DNA of 64,000 nucleotides, taken from positions 4,239 to 68,238 of IMG/VR virus record IMGVR_UViG_3300043610_000044. One strand, 5' to 3'. The stretch comes from a virus (Duplodnaviria > Caudoviricetes). Positions within the stretch are counted from its first letter, which is position 1. The number at the start of each line of letters is the position of its first letter. Positions 37,394-47,168 of the stretch are shown piece by piece. A model generated the notes under the pieces. The model was not told the DNA's origin and did not search any database. It worked only from the letters and a program-made list of their open reading frames with translations. The position numbers were made by a program, and so were the translations under genes.

Positions 37394-38027
37394 ACGCCTG
37401 GTTCCTTGCCGCGTACCTGCTCCTCGGTGGCGCGCTGCTCGCGGTCGAGCTGGTCGGTGCGCTGGTCCGGAAGAAGCCCGGCGACACGATCACCGAGGCG
37501 TGGCGCACGCTCGACACCAGACTCCACGGGGCGCCGCAGTGGACGTACCGGGTACTCACCGTCGGCGTGCTGACGTGGACGATCCTGCACCTGGCGCACG
37601 TGTGGTGACCGCGCCCGCGCACGACTACCTGTCCACCGCCTGCTGGCACGCTCAACACGGCCGGTGCCGGCTGACGTGCAAGTTCTGCCCGGCGCCGTGC
37701 TCCTGCGGCTGCCACAAGGGATCCAACGAGAGGATCAGCATGAGCTGGGGCATCCAGTGCCTGTCGCAGACCGCCTCCACCATCGATGCGGCAGGCCGGG
37801 CGGCCTACGCCGACTACCGCGCCACGTTGAAGGCCGACCCCGGCGAGGTGTCCGCGATGGACGAGCAGGTCGAGGCCGCGCTGACCGCGGCTCAGGCTCT
37901 GCTCGACTCCGGCGCCGTAGGCACCGGCGCCTGTCTGGTCAGCCTGTCCGGGCACGCCAACCCGGACCACGCCAAGCGGAAGGGTTGGAGTAACGACCGC
38001 ATCGTCATCACGGTCGAGCAGCACTGA
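37390..38027 (+). CDS. Small accessory ORFs (37390-37608 2-TM; 37605-37743 Cys-rich; 37740-38027)
   Basis: Coupled ORFs. Confidence 0.55.
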
Positions 38028-38036
38028 CCCCCCCGG

Positions 38037-38114
38037 GGGCCTACGGGACTTGCACCGTCGGCTGTGGCGCCCAACAAAGCCGGCTGAACCGTTGCACCTG
38101 ATGTGGTGAAGCCC
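38037..38114 (-). ncRNA. Candidate tRNA-sized cloverleaf RNA (not a canonical tRNA)
   Basis: Closing stem GGGCUU/AGGCCC; hairpins CACC/GGUG, CGGCU/AGCCG, ACGG-UGCAAGUC-CCGU; lies where the + and - operons converge. Confidence 0.35.
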
Positions 38115-38376
38115 GGCTACGGCGCCTAGGCGTAGGCGACCCGGCCGGGCTCAACTGCCACCGACCCTACCCCGTCCTGCCGCTCCAGCTTCACCCGGCA
38201 CGGCCACGTCTCGCTGTCCACGCAGCACAGCAACGGCCCGGACGGCCCCAGGCAACACAGGCCCGGGTCGGGGCAATACACCCGGTGCGGGTGGTGGTCC
38301 GCCGTGCTGCATTGGGCGTTGCGGGTGTACTCCCATGAGGTCACTGCCAACCGGGTCACTGTTTCTTTCCCTACCC

Positions 38377-38413
38377 AGCCGCCGTCCGCCCTCCGGGGGC
38401 GGGCGGCGGCTTT
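38377..38413 (+). terminator. Intrinsic terminator-like hairpin
   Basis: AGCCGCCGTCCGCCCT-CCG-GGGGCGGGCGGCGGCT followed by TT; G-U pairs favour + strand. Confidence 0.6.
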
Positions 38414-38452
38414 CGCACGTCCGGGGTCAGAGCCTCACGATCCACACCCTTC

Positions 38453-39217
38453 TCAGATCCGGGTACGCCGGAACTGGATGCCGGCCTCGCACAGCGCCTG
38501 GAACCAGCGGCCGTCCTCCGCCGACGGCACGTACATCCACGCGCAGTCGTTCGCCGGTGCTGGGTACCGGCTGGCCAGCCAGCCGGCCATGGTCTGGTCC
38601 CACAGCACCCGCAGAGCGGTCTCGTCGGTGTCGTCGTCGATCATGTAGGCGGCGGTCATCGCTGCGCTTCCTTCTCCGCTCGGGCTGCCGTCACGGTGGC
38701 CCAGTGGTCCGGGTGGGTGCGGTCCAGCTCGGGGGGTCCGAAGTCGCAGAGGGTGCCACGGCCGTCGATGTACCGGCCGTGCATCCCTTGGGCCAGTAGG
38801 CCGTCGTTGGTGTGGTGGGTCTCGCCGGGGTGGCTGCTGGTCATCGCTGTACGTCCTTCCTTGGTCGTCCACCGCCGGCACCTCGGCCGGGCCGGTTGGC
38901 CAGCCACTCCTTGGCCGTCGTCTCATACCACCAGGGCCGGCCGGAGACCCAGCCGTCCGGCTGCGGCATCTGCCCGCGTTCCCAGTAGCGGGTCACCGAC
39001 TTCTGGGCCACCCCGGCCAGGGCGGCCATCGCCGCCCTGTCCAGGATTTTGGGGCTGGTCACCGGTGGGTGCCGCACCAGGAGCACCCGTTGGGGTTGTA
39101 GCCGACGGTGGCGCTGTGCTCGCACGTCGGCGCGGTGTGGCTGTCGTCCGCCGTGTGTGCCGGCTCCGTCGGGGTGTGGCTGGCGGTTTCGGGGTTCGGG
39201 ACTGTCTGGCGGCTCAT
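38453..39217 (-). CDS. Four-gene leftward cassette (39059-39217; HTH 38841-39062; 38656-38844; 38453-38659)
   Basis: 38841-39062: LDRAAMAALAGVAQKSVTRYWERGQMPQPDG..GRPWWYE AlpA/MerR-type HTH; coupled overlaps. Confidence 0.7.
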
Positions 39218-39254
39218 CCGGTTCTCCTTGGTGGTGTTCTCTCCGACACCTCTG

Positions 39255-39299
39255 AACTTAGTCGTCTCGGCGGACGTTGTCAAGTAGGGCGACTAAGTT
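39255..39299 (-). promoter_or_regulatory. Consensus SigA promoter TTGACA-17-TAAGTT flanked by a 10-bp inverted repeat (operator)
   Basis: -35 at 39278-39283, -10 at 39255-39260; AACTTAGTCG (39255) / CGACTAAGTT (39290). Confidence 0.85.
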
Positions 39300-39309
39300 T
39301 CTTAGAAGA

Positions 39310-41400
39310 TCAGGCGGATTCCCCGCACACGTCGCACTTGGTGAACAGCCAGTAGTCCCCGTCTGCGTTCTCATCGCCGAACGCCGCGTGCACCAACCCG
39401 GGACAGTTGTCGCCGTCGCACGGCCTCGGGTAGTAGCCGCTGTCGCCTGCGCACCAGCCCTCGGTGCAGTCGAGGTCACCGACGGTGTGTGGCTCGTCGG
39501 GCCAGTCCGGCAGGGTGATCGTCTGCGGGTCCGGGCCGGGGGCCTGGGCAGCGGCCACCGGACCGGCGTGGGGGAACCGGGGCTGGGGGCGGGTCACGAG
39601 AACCCGATCCCGGCGCTCGCCCGTTCAACCTCTGCGCGCATCTCGCCGGGGTCCGCGGGCCCCGGGTCGCACACGCAGGGCCACTGGTCGCAGTTGTCGC
39701 ACCACGGGCCGCTGAAACTGTCGTAGCAGCCGCCGCATCGCTTCTCGGTCATCTCATCGCTCCTCGGTGGTCACGGACTTGGGGGAGTGGGCGGCACTCA
39801 GGGCAGGTGACGCGGGCGGCGTTCTCGGAAACCAGCAACTGGCCGAGCCCGCCTCTCTTGCCGCACGCCGGCTGCCAGTCGTGGCCCGGCCGGTGCACCA
39901 AGCCATCCGAGGCCAACGGCACCCACGTCGTCACCACGCCCTCGGTGGCCACGGGCTCAGCAGCGAGGCCGGAGGCAATCGCGCTGAGGTTGGCCGAGAT
40001 GTGGGCGAGTCGGCGGGGGGCACACTCGGTGCAGAAGTGCGGCCCCCCACGGAGTCCCAGGCGCGCCGTCGCAGCCACCCTGGGCGTGGTCGCAGCCCTC
40101 ATAGCGCCCGTCGCAGCGGCACCGCGGCACGCTCACGCCGTCACCACTTTCCCCATTCCGGGTGCCGGTCCACGACCCGCGCCGTCTCCGGACACGGCCA
40201 GTCCCGCCGGCAGCACATGCACACCAGACCGCGGCCGTCGATCGGGACGGGCGAGTGGAGCCGCAGCACCCACCGGTCGATGCCGAGCGCGAACCGGTCC
40301 GGCAGGCCGGCCAGAGCCGCGGCGTACTGACGCAGGACGTTCACTCCGTCACCTCCGTGGCCCACTCGGGCCGGAAGCCGGGCGCCGAACGGTAAGGCGC
40401 AGCGAGGGCGCGGGCGGTTGGGCACGGCCAGTCCCAGGACCCATCCAGCCGCTCATAGGCGCACGTCGCACACTCCCCGGCGTTGTCCTGGTGCCGCCGC
40501 AGGATCTCCCGTTTCGCTGCGACCTCGGCCAGCACCCGGGCAGGATCCCAACGGGCAATGTGGTCCATCTCGTTCGGCCACGAATGCAGCGTGACGGGGG
40601 TGCCGGCCCCGGTGCGCACGCCATCGTTGTTCCCGTCGCCAGCGACCCACCGATTAATCTCGGGCTGTAGCCGCGACCCAGCCGCCCACGCCACCCGCGC
40701 GTCCTCGTCGAGCGCCGCCGCTATGAACGCCACCAAGTCATCCATCACGTCACCGCATCCTCGAACGGCTCCAGCAGATCGGCCACGTCCGGCTCCGTGT
40801 CGCCCTCGGCCGCCAGCCACCGCCGGGCGAACTCGCCGAACGCCGCCCGCGGGAGGAAGCCCCGCTGCATATAGATCTCCCCGTGGTCACCCCAGGTGCA
40901 GCCCCACGGCCGGTAGCCGCTCGAGCCGGTCTCATCCGCGCGGGCGAGCCGGGACTCGTGGGTGTCCGCCGGCCGCATCTCGTGGTTGCCGTCGTTGCCG
41001 GCCAGGTACTCCAGCGCCTCAGCGCGGGTACCGAACCACGTCGGCGCCTCAACGATCGACGACCACTCCATGTACAGGTCGTCGTCGCGGCCGACCTTGA
41101 TGATCTGCCTGCCCATCACGCGCCACCCAACGGCTCGTAGGGCGCCGTCAACGCGAGGTATTCCGGCCACCGGTCACACGGGATCAACTCGATCAGCCCA
41201 TTGCCCAGCGCACACCGGAATGCCTCCGTCACCGCCGCGTGGACCTCCTCCGCCCTGGTGCGATGCTGGCGGTTCAGGACGGCGTCGTCAGCAGCGAAGA
41301 CCGCGGCTCTGATCACTTCATCGAGCAGTGCGTCGCCCGTCGGCGCGTGCCCGGTAGTCTCTTCCATCGGGTCCAGCCCTTCGTGGAGGGTTGCGGCCAA
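39310..41400 (-). CDS. Cluster of small leftward hypothetical genes including a DUF6221-like protein (40349-40745) and 40745-41116
   Basis: DDLVAFIAAALDED...HIARWDPARVLAEVAAKR..L...PY...PGFRPEW; coupled overlaps. Confidence 0.6.
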
Positions 41401-41549
41401 GCGGTCCCGGTCGAGTTCACGCTCACCGGGGCCGCGGCCAGACTACTGCCGTCACCGCCATCCTTTCGCCGTGTTCCACACGCCGATCGCGGCGATGGCC
41501 GCTAGCAGGCCGGCCAGGACCCACCGCCGCACCCGGTCGCTCGGGAATC

Positions 41550-42128
41550 TCACGGCGACCGGAAGTCCCGAGCCTTGAGCTTCGCCATGCGGCCGTCGGG
41601 GTGGTGCCACACGATGCCTTCCCAGCCCAACCCGCCCTGCCGTATAACGGTCTCCTGGATGTACTCGACCAGCCGGTCCCCGGGCACATCGAGTAGCCGC
41701 TCAGCATCCTCGTGCCGGATCAGGGTATTCCGGCCCAGCCGTTCCGGGTTGCCGTTGACCTTCGGGCCAGCCAGTTCGTAGGTGCCCGACTTGTAGCCGC
41801 CGCCGATGCCGTCCGCGCGAAGGTCGTTTTCGAACGCGTCGCGGAACGTCTTGGCGAACGCCGACTGGTCCACCGGCTCCCACCCGACCGTCTTGCCGGT
41901 GACCTCGTCAGTCTCCACCGCCCAGAAGTTCGCCGGTGGCATCTTGCCGGGCTTCACCTCCCGCCGCGCCCACCACCCGGACCCGTCGAGCATCACGCAG
42001 GTGCCGTCGTACTTCCGGGTCGCCTCGCCCTCGCCGGCCAGCACCCATTCACAGCCCGGAGTCACCTCGGGAAGGACGTGCCGCATGTCGTCGGGGTCGC
42101 GGCGGAACACCGTGGGGATCTTCTGCAT
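41550..42128 (-). CDS. ATP-dependent RNA ligase-like nucleotidyltransferase (DUF5565/RLIG1-like)
   Basis: MQKIPTVF, motif I ATRKYDGTC, TYELAGPKVNGNP, motif IV EGIVWH, motif V AKLKARDF. Confidence 0.75.
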   Translation of the reverse strand: MQKIPTVFRRDPDDMRHVLPEVTPGCEWVLAGEGEATRKYDGTCVMLDGSGWWARREVKPGKMPPANFWAVETDEVTGKTVGWEPVDQSAFAKTFRDAFENDLRADGIGGGYKSGTYELAGPKVNGNPERLGRNTLIRHEDAERLLDVPGDRLVEYIQETVIRQGGLGWEGIVWHHPDGRMAKLKARDFRSP

Positions 42129-43153
42129 CACGTCTCCTCGGGGTCGCTCACGGTCCCACATCCGCCCCGTAGACCCGGTGGCAGACCCGGCACCACACCC
42201 GCACGTACGCGCCGCTGTCGTGGATGATCTCCTGGCCGTCGCCGGCCCCGCACCCCGGGCACTCGACCTCGGCCGTGGTCGGGACCGCACCGATGCGGAT
42301 CGGGTCGTCCGGACGGTCACCCGCCATGGCGGACCGCCCCGAACGGCTCGCCGGCGTCCCAGCGGGCCAGCAACGCGGCGGCATTGTCCCGGACCGGCAG
42401 CCAGGCCAGCGACGGATCCAGCATGCTACGGACCATCTCCATGGCCGCCGCCGCGTACTGGCCGAAGTCCTGCGCCGGGGGCAGGGTGGGCTCCGGACCG
42501 TTGCCGCCTTCGCCGCCCATCACACGCCTCCGTCCGGAGAGATCTCCTCGTACAGGTGGAACACAAGCCCGCCGGCGCCGCGCTCACACGTCGCATGCCA
42601 CGCGGCGCCGTCGGGGATCGGGTGACCGGTACCGAAGACCCGGAACCGGCGGACGGTCGCGGGGAACTCGGTGCGCTCCGCCCAGAACTCCACCCCGGAG
42701 ACAAGCTCGACGTTGCCGGCGGGTGAAACAACTGCGACAGCCGGCTCGCATGTCAGCGCAACCTCATGCCAGGCGTCGTCAGCCGGGACCTCGTACCGCC
42801 ACATCGACTTCACAGCTCCACCCGGTCCACGCCACACGCTGCGAGCGCCGCCCGCGTCTCCGCCAGCTCGGCGCTGACCTGCTCGTACTCGCCCATCAGC
42901 GCCTCGACGTCGCCGGTCCGGTACCCGTCCAGGCCGTTGACCAGCCGCTCCCGGATGTGCTGGATCCGCTGCTCCGTCGTGCGCACCTTCACATCAGCCA
43001 TGAGAGCACCCCCATCGTGAACACGGTCATCAGGCAGGCGTAGACGACGAGCACGGACAGACAGCCCTTCTTCTTGGGGAGGATGCCTCCCAGTGCGGCA
43101 TGCACCTCCCGTGCCAATGGACGGCCCGATTTGTCGTTGATATGCGGGCGCCG

Positions 43154-44275
43154 TCATGGCAGCGTCACCTCGTACCATTCCGGCCGGTACGCGTGCGGGT
43201 CCGACAGCGCCCTCTCGCCCGGGTTCGCACACACGCTCATCAGGTACCTGCCGTTCGGCAACCGGCCGTGCAGCAGCGCCGCATAGTGGGACACGCCGGG
43301 GATGGCCGGCTGGGACAGGGCCTGCGGCCCGAACGCCCACGGTCCCCACGGCGCGGACGCGGTGTAGGTCACCGCCGCGTTCGTCTCAGCGTCGAAGAAC
43401 TGGCCGAGGATGGTCCACCGGCCGTCATCGTGGACTACCGAGAACTGCGCGGCCAGCCCGTACTGCGTGATGGTCAGCGGCGACGCGTCGCTCGGCGTCG
43501 GCGACCATCCGGCGCCGGAGCGGAACCGCCACGCCGACAGGTCCAGCAGCCGGCCGGCCGGCACCCGGGCCAGGGTCAGCGTCCGCCACGGGTCGCCCCG
43601 CGGCCATTGGTAGCCGAACACGTACAGCCACCCGCCGTCGGGGACAACGGCCTCGGCCCAGTGCGCCGCAGCACCATAGGCCGGCGAGGAGAGCGGCAGC
43701 GGGAACCGGCCGACGTAGCGGGGTTGCTGCCCGTTGGCCACGTCCAGGACGGCGATCTGCGTCCCGTCGTCGATGAACCCGCCTGCCATATCCGGCGCAG
43801 GGGTGACCCGGTTCACCGTCACGTACACCCGCGTCCCGCCGTCGATCGGCACGGTGTAGTTGGCGACCGGCCAAAAGTAGTCCACGCCGGAGTCGGGCAG
43901 GAGCTGCGCGTCGGCGTGCAACGTCATCGCGCCACACGGGTCCTGCATCACGTACGCGGAGTGCAGAAACACGCCGGGGCGGATCGTGTCGCCGAGCAGC
44001 CACAGCGTCCGTCCGTCGCCGAGGCGCGCGCTGGACCACGAGTCGGCGCCCCAGTCGTGCGGGGTGGCCTCGACCGCGGCGGCGTACTGCGCGGCGGTGG
44101 GCAGCGGCCGGCACGGGGCATGCGCCGGTACGGTCGCCCGCCGCTGCGGGTTGGCGGTCTGCGCCGCCGACGCGCACACCGACCCGCCGACGGCCAGCAG
44201 GCCGGCCACGGCCAGCACCCACCCGCGGGTACCGATCCGGGCCCGGCTCGCAGCGCGACGTTCGGCGGCGGTCAC
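43154..44275 (-). CDS. Secreted/anchored beta-propeller glycoside-hydrolase-like protein (DUF4185/DUF5005-like)
   Basis: N-terminal hydrophobic segment; WGADSWSSARLGDGRTLWLLGDT; LARVPAGRLLDLSAWRF. Confidence 0.65.
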   Translation of the reverse strand: MTAAERRAASRARIGTRGWVLAVAGLLAVGGSVCASAAQTANPQRRATVPAHAPCRPLPTAAQYAAAVEATPHDWGADSWSSARLGDGRTLWLLGDTIRPGVFLHSAYVMQDPCGAMTLHADAQLLPDSGVDYFWPVANYTVPIDGGTRVYVTVNRVTPAPDMAGGFIDDGTQIAVLDVANGQQPRYVGRFPLPLSSPAYGAAAHWAEAVVPDGGWLYVFGYQWPRGDPWRTLTLARVPAGRLLDLSAWRFRSGAGWSPTPSDASPLTITQYGLAAQFSVVHDDGRWTILGQFFDAETNAAVTYTASAPWGPWAFGPQALSQPAIPGVSHYAALLHGRLPNGRYLMSVCANPGERALSDPHAYRPEWYEVTLP

Positions 44276-44878
44276 GGGGTCACCTCACCCTCCGGGTAGA
44301 ACGGGATCTCACGCTGGAAGTCGCACGTCAGCCCGCACGTCTGGCACTCGCCGCCGTAGGAGATCGTGAGCGTGCCCGTCTCGGCCCCGTAGATCTCGTA
44401 GTCCTCGCGGAAGGTCTCGGCGGGTTTCGCGGCCTGCCTGCTGTCAACCTCAGCCAACATGGACAGGTACTCGTCCGCGGGCACCTTGCCGTAAGCAACC
44501 GCCACGTCCTGGGCGCGTGCGGCCGCCGCCGCCTCGGCCCCGGCAAGGCATCTGGGGCAGGCCGTCCAGTTGTCAGCGCTCATCGGGTCATCTCGCGCAT
44601 GCCGCGCCCGGACCAGCCGGGGCAGTGGGCGAGGACCGTGCCCAGCGACCACCCCGGGTCGGCCATCTCCTCCACCTCCAGCAGGTCGTAGGCGAGGACC
44701 CGGGCCTCATCGGCGAGTGGCCGTCCTGTTCGAATCCGCCTCATGTCGTCCCTCCACGGTGCTGGCGCCGCCAACACGGCGACGTATCCAGGTGGAGCGG
44801 GAGGCTCGTCGTAGACCCGACCTGCACGGCGACACCACCGGGGCACCGGGTTCCCGGCCGGTCAGGGCTGGGATTCAG

Positions 44879-44904
44879 GCGGGTTCGATTCCCGCCACCT
44901 CCAC
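44879..44904 (+). mobile_element. att core = 3' end of tmRNA (ssrA); attP-like junction
   Basis: GCGGG-TTCGATT-CCCGC T-arm + CACCTCC-A acceptor strand with U70 (Ala identity); GTGTTGGC arm-type candidates at 44943, 44964 and inverted at 44770; 100 bp upstream of integrase. Confidence 0.8.
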
Positions 44905-45002
44905 TACGATTACTCCTGCTCAGGGGCTGACTGTACGCGGCGGTGTTGGCACAGGCAAGTCCTGTGTTGGCGCCGCCGCGTTTTTTGCGGGATCATCCGA
45001 AC

Positions 45003-46163
45003 GTGGCGAGCATCCGAGAGCGACCCCGGTCCGACGGCACCGTCGCCTACGTCGTGCTGTGGCGCACCGGCGGCCGGGGCTCCCCGCAGCCACAGTTGAC
45101 CTTCGACGACCGGCCGGCGGCGGAACGCGCACGGCACATCATCGAGCTGACCCGGGCCGACCCGGAACGCATCGCCGAACTGCTCGCCGCGTCCACGCCG
45201 GACCGTACCGTCCGAGACGCCGTGCACATCCACGTGGAGGCGCTGACGGGGGTGTCGTCGCGGACCCGCGCCGACTACCTGCGCGACTCCCGACGCTACA
45301 TCGAGCCGGTGCTCGGGGCGTTGCCGGTGACCGCGCTGGACCGCGACACCGCCGCCGGCTGGCTGAACCGGCTGGACGGCTGGGTGCCGCGGATCTCCGA
45401 CAAGACCATCGCCAACCTGCACGGGCTGCTGTCGGCGGCGATGGGCAGCGCGGCCGAGCGCGGCTGGGTTGAACGCAACCCGTGCCGGGGGCTGCGGCTG
45501 CCCGCCCGGGACTACGGCGATGAGCAGATGGTGATCCTCACCCACGCCGAGTGGACACTGCTACTCGGGGAGATCCCGCCCTACTGGCAGCCGCTGTATA
45601 CGTTCTTGGCCGGGACGGGCGTGCGGTGGGCGGAGGCGGCCGGGCTGACCGTCGCCCACCTGGACCTGGACGCCGAACAGCCGGCGGTGCGGATCGTGCA
45701 GTCGGACAAGCGCGGCGCGCCCGGCTCGGGTCGGCGGCTGGGGTCGCCGAAGTCCCGCCGGTCGCGGCGGACGGTGACCCTGCCGGAGCCGGTTGCGGTG
45801 GCACTGGCGCCGGTGGTCGCCGGCCGCGGCCCGGCGGAGCGGGTGTTCACCACCCGCCGGGGCGGGCCGCTGAACCGCTCGCACTACGGGCAGGTGTGGC
45901 AGCCCGCGGTAGCCCGGGCCCGCGACCCGGACCGGCACGGCGCCGCCGCGCTGGCCCGGGGGCCGCGTATCCACGACCTGCGGCACTCCCACGCGTCGTG
46001 GCTGCTCGCCGCCGGTGTGGACCTGCTGACGGTGTCCCGCAGGCTGGGGCACGAGTCGATCACGACGACGGCGGACAGGTACGGGCATCTGCTGCCGGAG
46101 TCGCAGCGGCGTGCCGCCGAGGCTGCGGCGCGGGCGCTCGGCGGGGGTAGTCCGGTCGGGTGA
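45003..46163 (+). CDS. int: Tyrosine integrase
   Basis: GTGVRWAEA (R), HDLRH (HxxR), LGHES (H), DRYGH (Y); N-terminal arm-binding segment. Confidence 0.95.
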   Translation: MASIRERPRSDGTVAYVVLWRTGGRGSPQPQLTFDDRPAAERARHIIELTRADPERIAELLAASTPDRTVRDAVHIHVEALTGVSSRTRADYLRDSRRYIEPVLGALPVTALDRDTAAGWLNRLDGWVPRISDKTIANLHGLLSAAMGSAAERGWVERNPCRGLRLPARDYGDEQMVILTHAEWTLLLGEIPPYWQPLYTFLAGTGVRWAEAAGLTVAHLDLDAEQPAVRIVQSDKRGAPGSGRRLGSPKSRRSRRTVTLPEPVAVALAPVVAGRGPAERVFTTRRGGPLNRSHYGQVWQPAVARARDPDRHGAAALARGPRIHDLRHSHASWLLAAGVDLLTVSRRLGHESITTTADRYGHLLPESQRRAAEAAARALGGGSPVG

Positions 46164-46349
46164 ACTGCCGGGGTTCCGGCCACGGCCGGCCGGTTATCCG
46201 GTGTAGTGGCGTCACCACTCCCGGTGTTGACCCGGGGGGACGGGGGCAACCCATGGACCAGCCAGAGTTAGTGATCGCCACCGATGCGCTGCCTGATGGT
46301 GTGCAGCGGGTGGAGTACGAGCGGGACGGTCGGGCGGTGACCCTCGTCG

Positions 46350-46712
46350 CTACGGGCCGTCCTCTCCGACATGACGTACGGCGGCGTCCAGCGCGGCCAT
46401 GATGATCGCGCGGCCCCGGTCGTCCAGACGCCGGAGCTTGTCCAACGCGTCGCGGTCGCCTACGACGACCAAGTGGTCCTCGTCGGTGGACAGGTCCATT
46501 GAGTCCTGGACCGGGTTCAGCAGCTCCTCCACCGGGACCCCGAGCGCAGCGGCGATCTCGTCCACCTTGTAGGGCTCCGACGTGCGGCCGTTCTCAACGT
46601 TCTGGACGGTCGTGCGGGTGATGCCCGCAGCCGTGGCCAGTTGCTCCTGCGTCAAGCGTCGCCGCTTGCGTGCCGCCCGGATCCGTTGTCCGAGCGCAAC
46701 CGTCTCACCCAT
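46350..46712 (-). CDS. Immunity repressor (XRE HTH)
   Basis: RIRAARKRRRLTQEQLATAAGITRTTVQNVENG; divergent from cro. Confidence 0.85.
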   Translation of the reverse strand: MGETVALGQRIRAARKRRRLTQEQLATAAGITRTTVQNVENGRTSEPYKVDEIAAALGVPVEELLNPVQDSMDLSTDEDHLVVVGDRDALDKLRRLDDRGRAIIMAALDAAVRHVGEDGP

Positions 46713-46838
46713 GGCTCTAAAGATAACCACAAGTCGGGCTCAAGTTGACAGCCCAAAGAGGTAGCAACCGGACGGGCTAGCTAAGCGTCCCGGTTCGGAG
46801 CTTGACTTGAGCTAAATCGTAGCTCTACTCTCGTTCCC
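46713..46838. promoter_or_regulatory. Divergent lysis/lysogeny promoters and operators; both transcripts appear leaderless
   Basis: Rightward TTGACT(46802)-18-TACTCT(46826), 7 nt before ATG; leftward TATCTT 7 nt before repressor ATG; inverted GCTCAAGT(46738)/ACTTGAGC(46805). Confidence 0.7.
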
Positions 46839-47168
46839 ATGAGGCTCAAGGGCTCGACGGTTGCAGACCACCGCAGGCTGCTCGGCCTGACTCAGGTACA
46901 GCTCGCCGAACGCGTCGGAGTCTCCGAGCAGACGATCGTGGCGTGGGAACGCGGCGCCACGACGTTGCCGCAGCCCGAGCGCTTGGCGACGCTGGCCCGG
47001 GCGCTGGGGCTTGAGATCCGCGATCTCGTAGCCCTGGATGCCACTGACTCCCCGGCTAGCGCGGTGGCTCCGCAGCCGGGGACCGCCCCCGCCCCCGCCG
47101 CAGCGCCTGCCCCCGTGGGCGCGCCGGGGGCGGGGGCGACTGACGACGACACCGAGGACGTGGCGTGA
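46839..47168 (+). CDS. Cro-like XRE HTH protein
   Basis: RRLLGLTQVQLAERVGVSEQTIVAWERG. Confidence 0.85.
   Translation: MRLKGSTVADHRRLLGLTQVQLAERVGVSEQTIVAWERGATTLPQPERLATLARALGLEIRDLVALDATDSPASAVAPQPGTAPAPAAAPAPVGAPGAGATDDDTEDVA

Noticed and set aside
44850-44910. Complete tRNA or tmRNA gene
   Set aside because: Only the T-arm and 3' acceptor strand are present; no matching 5' acceptor strand or D/anticodon arms.
47085-47137. 13-bp GC stem in the cro 3' end
   Set aside because: Arises from low-complexity Pro/Ala/Gly codons; a tR1-like role is possible but unsupported.
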